Shown here one piece after another: positions 38,615 through 49,974 of a stretch of DNA of 64,000 bases; the first letter of the stretch is position 1; the number at the start of each line of letters is the position of its first letter. The DNA is from Octopus sinensis (taxonomy: Eukaryota). The stretch covers positions 4,973 to 68,972 of the forward strand of contig NW_021836161.1 of assembly GCF_006345805.1 (NCBI RefSeq). The letters run 5' to 3'. The position numbers and the translations under genes were made by a program. Under the pieces are notes generated by a model. That model worked only from the letters and a program-made list of their open reading frames with translations, made no database searches and was not told the origin of the DNA.

Positions 38615-39400
38615 ACCAGTACACAACATCGAGAGCTACTCCATTTTTATTGGATTTTCTAATCCCTTGTCCATCTAAAACAGGCCATGAAACATAGTCC
38701 TTTCCAGCTCTTGCATTGAAATGTTTCTCAATATAACTAGCTTGTCAGAGATTGGTACTTTCCTCAATAAGTGTGCTAGATCATCATAAAACTATCCTAC
38801 ACTTTTATGAGAATGCTTCATTGTTGTTGCATAAATACTGACAACAGCAAGAAACCTACCTTTTGTCAGCTTAATACGGCATCACATGATCCGCTTAGAT
38901 ATACCATTTGGAATGTCTCCAATGGAGAATACTAATGTATTCTTGAGAGCCAACCCAACACCAGATTCTCTACGCTGACCCTTAGGTAGGCCTCTTCAAA
39001 AGATAGTATATCCATAAGTAGGGTCATTTACTTGACCCTCACCGGAGAGACGAGTTTTAGAGAACACAACTATATCAAGGGAATATTTGTTAAGCTCACA
39101 TGCAATAAGTGCAGTACGCCTTCCTGACCTCTTTTGGGAACTATCATCAAGAAGTATGCTCACATTCAAACAGCCAAAATTCAAAGGATGTTCATTTCTA
39201 TATTTTCTTGAACATTGTTTGGCCACAGTGAGAGGATGATGACTGGACTCAGCCTGTGATACACTGGGTCCCCTGCCGAGCCAGACCTGTTCCTCTGATG
39301 TTCTCAAGCCTTTTCTGCCGTTTACTGAATTTGTTTGAGACGTTTTAGAGTTAGTCACGGGTGCAGTTTTAGGTTTCTGCCAACCAACCAATTCATTGAT
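38615..39400 (-). pseudogene. RTE-clade LINE 5' AP-endonuclease fragment
   Basis: LNFGCLNVSILLD..RSGRRTALIACELNKYSLDIVVFSKTRLSGEGQ, then RESGVGLA, VVSIYA, FYDDL, FNARAGKD. Confidence 0.88.
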
Positions 39401-39469
39401 TTTACTAAGATTTGTTGTAGGGGAAGTACATTTGCAGATGAATACTTTCTGTAAATATCTGTAAATTTG

Positions 39470-39637
39470 TATATATTTTTGTATATATTTTGTGTATATA
39501 TATATGTATATTTTTACATGTAGATTTTTACTTATATATATATATATATATATATTTATATCTTTTAATTGCTTATCTCTACTTTTATTTTATTTATATA
39601 TATTATTTATATTCAATTCTTATTCACACATCGTACC

Positions 39638-39686
<49 letters not shown>

Positions 39687-40180
39687 ATTTTCACATGTAT
39701 ATTTTTACTTATATATATATATTTTTATATCTTTTAATTGCTTATCTCTACTTTTATTCATATTTATATACATTATTTATATTCAATTCTTATTCACACA
39801 TCGTACCTTTTTTATTTTTATGTATGTATATATATATAATATATATATATATCTATATATATATATATGTGTATGTATGTGTGTATATATAATATGCATA
39901 TATGTATATATATATATACGTATATTTTTTACGTTTATACACATTTATATTTATATATATTATTATATTCAATCTTATTCACACATCGTACCTTTTTTAT
40001 TTTTATATATGTATGTTGTGTGTAGTATGTATGTATATATATATTATATATAATATATTACGTTTATACACATATATATATATATATATTACGTTTATAC
40101 ACATATATATATATATTACGTTTATACACACATATATATATATATATTACGTTTATACACATATATATATATAAATCTTA
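39470..40180. repeat. TA-rich minisatellite with repeated ATTCAATTCTTATTCACACATCGTACC blocks
   Basis: Block recurs at about 39610, 39780 and 39965. Confidence 0.9.
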
Positions 40181-41351
40181 TGCAGCAAAACGCCAACAAG
40201 AGCAATAAACAAATGCGTCATCCTCACCACAAAGGAGCAATCACATCTAACGATCCAGACGTTAGACATTTAGGCGTAAGAATTTGCTACAATATACATT
40301 TCGGGTAGTGATAACTTGTAGACAAGTTCTTGCCTCATAATTCCCCTGAATTTGGCTTCATTTTACTGACCCGAGCGCTGGACCTCAATGGAGTGTTTTT
40401 AATGATGGAGCCGATATATTACTCATGAAAAAAAGAGGGTATTTAGACTTTCACATGGATCTTTTTGGTTTGGACGGCAGTTTTTTAGAGCGGTGTCATA
40501 TGAAATTCTCACCCATAATTATGACCCTAGCATCGATCTATTGCATTTCAATCTCTTTTAGGGTTAGGGGTGGGGGAAGGGTATATTTTTTCTTCACAAA
40601 TGTAAATAAACCCAATCTGTTTCTTAAACGAAGGACATATTCATACGGCACAGAATGTTATTTACATCAATGGACGTCACTGATTGGTTGAAATTGCAGA
40701 AATTGAAGAAAAAAAAACAAATATCTTACAAATTATAGAATTTTCTCAATAAAGCCAAGAGAAAAATATGTTTTATAAACACATTCTACCAGTATACGAT
40801 GTTTAAAATTTTTTAGTTACCTAGAAATTATGTTACAAACTGCCGTTCAAACCGAAATGATCCTTTCACATCCCTACTTTTGCCACCCAAGTATATATAA
40901 CTAAGTCTACATGGGCGAATGTGATCTTATTTTAAGATTCCAGTATAGGATTTGAGACTCGGCTGCTATTTCTAGCAACTCTTATTTGTCCCTATCTTTT
41001 CTATTTAGTCATTTTGATAATTATCATTGGAGCATTCCCAATTCTGATCTGATTTCATTTTCTCTATTATTAATTATTTTTTTTCGATATCCTTTTCATA
41101 CTAGTTCGCTATATTTATACTTTCTTGTTTCCGAGTGTGTACGAGTGTTCGCGCACGCGAGAATTTGCGTATATAGTCACACAAAAAATATAAACCCTTG
41201 AACTTATCTGTGTGTTTAATTTCAAATGTGTTTCAGTTTTATGAGAAATCCATTTAAATATAAAAAAAAAAAACTATTTCTGCCACACATTATTGTGTAC
41301 TGAAGGTAACATTCTCCGGTGCGAATATTATTCATACGTTTCTTTATGTAG

Positions 41352-41409
<58 letters not shown>

Positions 41410-42404
41410 ATGCGTGCATCTAGGTATGTACGTACAAAAGACTTTTTTCAAAAGATTGTAATGGCGAATCTTGCTTTTTCTAGCGGTACATTATCAAATT
41501 GCTTCCACTTTATAACCCATGTGTTGATGTACAAAGCTGACTGTTCCACTCTATGTAAAGGCATAAAGGAAATTTATGTCAGCTTTTAGGTAATATAGTT
41601 TGTATTTTGTTTATAGATTTCCGGTCTTCCTCCGTATTATTTGTATCTCTTATAATGTTCAGTTTATTACAATAAAGCTGTTGCCTGATGCCAGAAATAA
41701 GTGCTAAGGGGTTTATTACCTCCATCTTGTATCTAGTATATCTAAGTTAGAACACTCCTATTTAGATTCTGATACATAGTTTTTTTTACAACATTAACAC
41801 TTTCATTTTAGTATGTCGTTTCCAAGTGTGATATTTCGCTCCTCCACAATATCCTGCAAAACACAATGAGGATTTAGTACACTGCAAGGACAGCTGAGCC
41901 CTTTTATTGGATGCATCTTGTATTGAAATTTACTAGTTAGTGTTATCCTATTTTCTTGCATTCTGTTCTGTAAAGAATAACTCTTAATTTGGTTTTTCAT
42001 TTCTGATCGTTTTTATTCATTCATAGACATTTATACGGTTCTTTCCATAATTATTTTCGTACAGTATTGATTTCCCTGGCAGTCTTTAATAACATTACAG
42101 TGAGTTCTGTAACACTGACAATATTGTATGGAATTTATAATTTCGTGTCATTTGTGTTCTTTTGTATTCCATGAATATCTTCATTTTCCTTTTTCGTAAT
42201 TATTTCTGCGGGATTCCTCACCACCTTTATATATTTCAAGCTGTGAAGAAACAAAGTGGCCAGGAAAATTGCAGCATTTTAAGAGAGTTTAATTACTTCC
42301 CTTTAATATTGACTTCTCAACACAGTAAGATCAAATTTAGCTCCCGTTCTCACCACGATCGGAAAAATTAAGTACTAGATACTAACTGGTTACTAAGTAA
42401 GCTA

Positions 42405-42637
42405 AAAGGCGGCGAGCTGGCAGAATCGTTAGCAAGCCGGGCGAAATGCGTAGCCGTATTTCGTCTGTCGTTACGTTGTGAGTTCAAATTCCGCCGAGGT
42501 CGACTTTGCCTTTCATCCTTTCGCGGTCGATAAATTAAGTACTTGTTACGCACTGGGGGTCGATGTAATCGACTTAATACCTATGTCTGCCCTTGTTTGT
42601 CTCCTCTGTTTAGCCCCTTGTGGGTAATAAAGAAATA
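42405..42637 (+). mobile_element. SINE family B monomer
   Basis: 17-bp TSD GGTTACTAAGTAAGCTA 42388-42404 and 42638-42654. Confidence 0.93.
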
Positions 42638-43694
42638 GGTTACTAAGTAAGCTACTGTACCCATCTCAATGCATGCAACAGTGAGCCTATGTTCCAAATT
42701 ATACCACGTCACCACCATTATTATCATCACTAGCATTGCTCTCTTATTCGTCATCATCCACCGTTATCATCACCATCACTTTTTTCAGTAAGAATTATCT
42801 TCATCACTAACACAGGCCAAGAGCTACATCATTTGTCATCTCTAGATATGCATAGTAACCTAAGCTCTTTAAAATCAAAATCAATGTTTTGAAACAAGGA
42901 GAGACATGTTACCATCGTGGTGACGGAATGGATGATAGAAGGAAGAGAAAAACTAAGAGTAAGACCAAGGTGAGGTGGGACATGAATTTTTGGGACCACA
43001 CGATAGCGACTTGATAGCGATGGGACGACATGATAGCGATGTGAGTCGACCCGAGTGGAGACCACGAATGCGAGCAATCGGAATGTTTGATGAAAGCTAT
43101 TTGCCAGTGTGTTGAGAGCACTAGAGACTCTAAGAGCTAAATAGGGGAGACATAGGCAAATTATGTCTAAAGATAGGACGGGAGGATCATGGATGGAGAA
43201 ACGTTGAAATTACTCCATCAAGATTGATCATGGGAAAATGAACACCTAATACCACCGTTGCCAAAGTATCATTGTAAGCAATGTAATCAATAATTTAGAG
43301 AGAATAAAACTTGGCAATTATATAGTCAATGGAAAACTTTCTTGCGAAGTTATAAATATTCTCGTTTGATCCGAATCTGCTTTGTCTATAGCTAAGATAG
43401 TTATGCATTGATTACGCAGAACACCGACGGAGATATTGGTTATTTTGATCAGCAGATATTCGTTACAAGTGACTGGATCTACAGAAAAAATGTGGAAATA
43501 TGGAAAAAAAAAAAAGTATCTTATAAATGTACATGACTTGATTTTTATCAGTTTATGTAAGTCTGGAATATGTACTTTAGTGGAATATGGTAACGTATGC
43601 TCGCAAACGTCTGGAAATACGCGCATACCTACATACTTATATTGCTATATATGGTCTTGATATTGACCATACGAACAGTGTGTGTATGTGTGTG

Positions 43695-43737
<43 letters not shown>

Positions 43738-43989
43738 GAGAGAGAGATGTATGTATATTATGTATGTATACATGTATAAATATATGTATGTATATATACA
43801 TACATGCATGTATATATACATATATATATATGTATATAAATATATATATACATGTATCTATATGTATGTATATACGTGCATGTATATATATATGTGTGTT
43901 TGTGTATATATATGTGTTTGTGTGTGTATATATACATGTGTATATATATACATATGAGTCCACAAAATTTTGTTACATGGAACTCTTTT

Positions 43990-45152
43990 AAACTGTTATT
44001 AAGAAAAAAGCTATATATAGCTCTCACCAACCGAGTTGAGGCCTATTTCGTTCATTTGGTCATTCCCTCACCTGTTTGGCACAAAATGCAAATATTGCAA
44101 AGATAAAGGGAGATAAGATTGCGCACAGAACAAACTTAGCTTACTCAGGAAATGAAGAGGCATCCTGTTACTGTGATTATAAAGGCTGGGCATAGCGATT
44201 TAGAAGTAACTCGATTTTTAAAATTTGCCAGATCCTTCGTCCACAAAATTTGTAATGAGCTAGAGACTGAAGATGGAAATGTATCACCAGAATCAAAGCA
44301 TAAAAAGCATTCTAAACTCACTGAAATCATCAGAATACCTGAAGTTATACAGCAAGTTCAACAGATCATTTATTACAATGTCCATGAAATCAATTGCAAA
44401 AGATCTCCATGTGTCAGAAGGAACAATCAGAAATATTGTCCAGGAAGACATCAGACAGATGGTGGGGGAAGGTCAATTTGTCAGAAAAAGCAAAAGAAAA
44501 ATCGCAACATTAGATCCAAAAGGCTTTTAAACAAACTGAACAATCCAACAGAATATGATTGAATTTGTTTTTTCTCAAACGAAAAAGCACTTCGACCAAA
44601 TTAACAGAAGAAATGACAGACGATTATGTGCAGATCCTTCTGAAGTTCCAAGTGTTGTGCATACAAAATTTCCTGCAACGGTTTTAGGGATTGTTAGTAA
44701 TGAAGAACATGTGATGCCTCCTTACGTCCTGGAAATAATTGTCCAGCCCTGGAGAGACACTGTATTCAATGGAAGGCCAGATTTGTTTCAATAAGTCTCT
44801 GCACTATTACACGGGGCTCTAGTAATACAGGAATGGATGGCTGAAAATGTTCATGATCACATAACCCCAAACATTCGGCCTCTTCATTTCCATTGGACCA
44901 CTACATGTGGAATGTTGTTGAAAGAGAGAGGTCAAAGAACACACCTGTAACACCAAAGACCACTCAATTCGAGCCTTGAGATGATTAAGATCTATATAGA
45001 AGTTGTTGAAGTTGAAGGTGGCTTTATTGAATAACAATATAGAAAACATTTGTTTTAATCTTCATAGCATTTTTTTATAAATAAAGTTATCTGTTATTAT
45101 ATGTTTATATTTTATAAATATAAATCTGTCCTCAAATATCTTACGCACCCTG
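43990..45152 (+). mobile_element. Tc1/mariner-superfamily transposon relic (DD37D/maT-like)
   Basis: SMKSIAKDLHVSEGTIRNIVQED (HTH), NRRNDRRLCADPSEVPSVVHTKFPATVLGIVSNEEHVMPP, and a decayed WPP.SPDLNPLDYYMW; right end ...CACCCTG followed by TA; left TIR not found. Confidence 0.8.
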
Positions 45153-45410
45153 TACATACATTTCGAGGTTGCCATAACCCATAGGAATTACCGCCATCTG
45201 TAATATTTCAATGGATGTTCGATCAAGACAACTTGCATAAATTTTTTATTCCCAAGTTAAAACTGTGGTATTCAGAGGTACATTCTACTTCCATAGTATG
45301 TCTTATTACTTTGTCTCTTATAATAATAGTTATGAAGATGGTAAAGCAACCATTCAGATACCTATAAGAGATAATTATGCGACAGTCTTCGGATAATATT
45401 TTATGATACT

Positions 45411-45954
45411 TCAAGAAGAGAAGAAAATAGTTATGGACATGTTTCCTATTTATCGTGATCTCATCAGCGAAGAAAAGTCTACAGCCTATTTGAAAAACCG
45501 ATATCAGAATTGCTGATGGTATATTTTCTTTTTGGCTGCCAAATTTCAATCTTTTCAAGTACTGGTTGAATTGATTTCATATTCGGTGTAACGGTATGGT
45601 TTTGTATGCTAATCACTGCTTTGAAATTCATTTTCGCAATGTATCAATAAATAGAGTTATTGGCTTTTAAAATTTTGGAAACTTCGTGTAATTTTAGTCA
45701 ATTGTAAGTCACAAACACATTCCTGACTGTTTCTGTTATAACAAGGTAAACGTAAAAATTCTTACGTCTGCGACATAGCACGTGTTGATAAATATATCCT
45801 ACTTATCATAGGCAATCATGTGACAGCTTTTGAATAATATCTCAAGAAGGGAAGGAAATAGTTCTGGACATGTTTCCTATTTATCATGATCTCATTAGCG
45901 AAGAAAAATCTACAGCCTATTTGGGAAAATGATATCAGAATTGATAATGATATA
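45411..45954 (-). repeat. Two about 112-bp direct repeats, each with a hammerhead core, 431 nt apart
   Basis: 45411-45523 versus 45842-45954; minus strand CTGATGA-gatcacgataaatag-GAAACATGTC and CTAATGA...GAAACATGTC. Confidence 0.75.
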
Positions 45955-46753
45955 TATAGGAATTTATAAAAGACGTCATTGAAAACTAGAATTCCGGAAA
46001 TATTTACTGGGATGTTGAGAGTTAAATGTCATATAAGCGGTTACAATTCAGTTCCAGTGTGTTGATCCGAATATTCGACATTTAAGCTGGCAGTCCGGCC
46101 GACTGTTGTCAGCTGCAATTTTAACTGATATGCGTATGTTTACCATTCTTCTTTATTTTCCGTTCTGCAGAGTCATTAAGGGACACGAGATGAATATAAA
46201 TGGCATTTTGATCTGACATCAAGAATTTTAAAAAGCAGAAACTTAGAGAAAGAAAAAGTGCTATTCAACTTAGAAGAATTTTTTTCTATTTTTTCAAATC
46301 TACACATAGTTATGCATGTGATTGTGTGTGGTTCTCTCTGTGAGTGTCTGTGTGTTAGAGAAGGTGTATGTACGTGTGAGTATCTTTGTTCACAAAAATA
46401 AATACAGGCAGGAGAACGCCTACACGTAAAAGAATGCAAATTTCTAAGTATACATACTAAAATGCAGGTTCATAAATACAAGCATACACTAAAGGTTACC
46501 CGTACGATTGTTGGGAAACAAAAGCCCGAACAAATATGCCTATACATGCATAAGTTAGCATACATTGTGGGATTTATAGATAGATACACATATATAGAGA
46601 GACTTGTTTCCCAACCACATGGTTTCGTGTTCAGTCCCACTGCTTAGAAACTTAGACAATTCCTTCTAAAATGACGAAAGCATTGTGAGTGGATTTTGGT
46701 TCAGGGAAGCTGAAAGAAACCCGTTGTATGTATATATATATATATATATATAG

Positions 46754-46800
<47 letters not shown>

Positions 46801-46965
46801 TTGTGTTTTTCCCTTGTTGGCAATTAACACGGAAAAAATAGATAAGTAGTTACCAGGGTAGCAAGAAATCACACAAGCAAAAAGAGCGTAACACCTTATT
46901 TTTGAAGGTAGAAACCCCGGGTTTCCGTGAAATATTTTGTATAATATATATATAAATCAATAAAT

Positions 46966-47075
46966 GGAGCTAAACGCATGTGTTATTCAAATTATTTTAC
47001 TTCTGACACCTGTTTCGAAGATACCACTGGTATTATTCCATAGAAATAATACCAATGATATCTGCGTTTAACTCC
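46966..47075. repeat. 110-bp foldback with a 3' half-hammerhead
   Basis: GGAGcTAAACGCA / TGCGTTTAACTCC ends; 18-bp stem 47020-47062; minus strand TTC-GAAAC AGGT GTC-agaag. Confidence 0.75.
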
Positions 47076-47232
47076 ATATATATATATATATATGTAGGTC
47101 CCGGGTTGATTCGGGGTTAACCACAGTAAATAAGGTACTCAATACATAGCAGAGTAAAATTAATTTATTATATAGAAGGAGCTTCTACAGGACTAGAACT
47201 GTTTCATTCAAGAGAAAACATATATATATATG

Positions 47233-47311
<79 letters not shown>

Positions 47312-47427
47312 CTACATACATACAGAAGGAGAGGGCGCGAGAGAGAGTTATGGTGATGGGAACAGGAAAATAACACTCAAAATATGCGTATATGAATATT
47401 TAAAATTAATCTGTAGCAGGAGTATCG

Positions 47428-47499
47428 GAGTGAATCAAGAACCGAGTTTCTTGCGTTGGCGTTTTGCCAACGCACGAAACCCTCGGAACTTGATCACTC
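47428..47499. other. 72-nt imperfect hairpin
   Basis: GAGTGAaTCAAGaaCCGAGTTTCtTGCGTTGGC-gtttt-GCCAACGCAcGAAAccCTCGGaaCTTGATCACTC. Confidence 0.8.
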
Positions 47500-48217
47500 T
47501 GTTCCTTCTGTTAAGTATTAATAAATATATAATGATATGTAAATATAACACATTCTCCAGGTATTCATAATAGTGCCCCTCCCATTATTCCTGAACTATC
47601 CCTCCGCTCCCATTTGCAGCTCTTCTGTGTATTTAAGCAGACAATTTTTTAACTATCTTTGTAATTTCTTCACCTCGTGATCTCCTTACATCTTCCTCTC
47701 TGCACAAGAGACCATGCAAGCGTGTACGTGCGCATTCACAATTGTAAGATACTACAGGTGTAAACAGAAATTGAGCGCATGCACGTGAATATGCGTATGT
47801 ACAGATCTAAAGTTAATTGATAAACCACCCAATTCTATATGTTCCCCTATGAACCAGAAACCCTATTGCTCACCTCCTACTCTTTATTCCTCTCTTCTAG
47901 TAAATCCATCATAATCCTAAATCTTCTCTTCGGCTTCATCTGACAATTTTATCTCCAAAATTCTTCACTTTTCCTCTTTTTGTCGCACGGGTGCACGCAC
48001 GGAAATACTCACACAACACACACACACACACACACACATTTATTTATTTATTTATTTACATTTGACCTAGTAAATAACCCCAGTCTCATATTCACATTGA
48101 CCTTCCCCTAGTCGGCTTCTCCCTCTCCTTTTCCGTTTTCTTATCGTTAACATTGGACAATTAACCACACCTATATCTTATTTCTTCTTCCATATGTTTT
48201 TCTATTGTTTTCTCACT

Positions 48218-48633
48218 AGGCGCAGGAGTGGCTGTGTGGTAAGTAGCTTACTTACGAACCACATGGTTCCGGTTTCAGTCTCACTGCGTGGCACCTTGGG
48301 CAAGTGTCTTCTACTATAGCCTCGGGGCGACCAAAGTATTGTGATCGGATTTGGTATACGGAAACTGAAAGAAGCCCGTCGTATATATGTATACATATAT
48401 GTATGTATGTATATGTTTGTGTGTCTGTGTTTGTCCCCCCAACATCGCTTGACAACCGATGCTGGTGTGTTTACGTCCCCCGTAACTTAGTGATTCGGCA
48501 AATGAGAGTGCTAGAATAAGTACTAGGCTTACAAAGAGTAAGTAATGGGGTCGATTTGCTCGACTAAAAGACGGTGCTCCAGCATAGCCGCAGTCAAATG
48601 ACTGAAACAAGTAAAAGAGTAAAAGAGTAAAAA
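48218..48633 (+). mobile_element. SINE family A, full
   Basis: Consensus match. Confidence 0.92.
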
Positions 48634-48989
48634 AGGTATCTGGGATCTGGTGAGTAGCAAATGGAGCACTGCACGTTGCGTATTTATCACTTTCTACCTT
48701 CTGCTTGCTGGGAAACATCTCTAACGAGAATTTTACCTACACCATTAAATGAATATGGATATGTATATGAGCGTGTGTGCATGTACATGTGTGTGTATGT
48801 ATGTATATATCTATGTGAATGTGTGTTTTTTGTGTCTATGTTTATCCACCATGACCAACTGACAACCGATATTGCTGTGTTTATGTCTCTCTCACTTGAA
48901 CGTTGGAATAAAAGTACTACGCTTAAAAGAATATTCCTGGAGTCGATTTGTTCCACTAAATTCCGTGGTGGTGATGAAGCAGTCAAAAG

Positions 48990-49043
<54 letters not shown>

Positions 49044-49055
49044 ATTCTAGCAAAA

Positions 49056-49093
49056 CTGTCTGATGAACGGCAACGAGAAACTCAGAATAACAG
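49056..49093 (+). ncRNA. Minimal hammerhead motif in a about 95-bp island between (TA)n tracts
   Basis: ctgt-CTGATGA-ACG GCAA CGA-GAAA-CTCAGA-ATA-acag; same family as 29903-29940. Confidence 0.7.
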
Positions 49094-49126
49094 ATTTTGT
49101 TGAATTTTCTGCTGCTTTAAATAAAG

Positions 49127-49187
<61 letters not shown>

Positions 49188-49546
49188 TAGATGCAAACAT
49201 GTATGAACAAATTTGCAAATTTGTACACAAACTTTTAAAACAAAATGCATCCATGTATTTACTCACATGCATATACTGAAATACATAGATTCATGCAAAT
49301 ATTTAGGCAATTTCATCAACAGGAACAACATACTTCTGATAGACCAATATTATCTCCGAAGAACTTTCTTGGATTCGATAAATCTGTCAGAATCAGTATT
49401 TTGACATCACAATTCGGAATTCTCCTTCATACCTGCAGTCTCAAGATATTTGTTATTCATTCTACAAAACGATGGCAGTGTTGGCACAAATGATATCTAG
49501 CCACTACGCTTCTCTCCTTCTGCCGTATAATACATATGCGTGTGCG

Positions 49547-49593
<47 letters not shown>

Positions 49594-49941
49594 GTATGAA
49601 TTATATATATATATACACACACATACGTATAATATATGGTATATATATATATATGTATATATACATATGTGTATATATATAATATATATGTATATATACA
49701 TATATGTATGAATATGTGTATATATATAGATATGTATATACCATATGTATGAATATATGTGTATATATATATATGTATATTACATATATGTATGAATATA
49801 TATGTATATATATATACATAATGTATGAATATATATGTATATATATATATACATATATGTATGAATATATATGTATATATATATACACATGTATGAATAT
49901 ATATGTATATATATATATACACACATATGTATGTATGTATG

Positions 49942-49972
<31 letters not shown>

Positions 49973-49974
49973 AT

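Noticed and set aside
43950-44000. Left TIR of the Tc1/mariner relic
   Set aside because: No CAGGGTG-like sequence found; the element is left open-ended.
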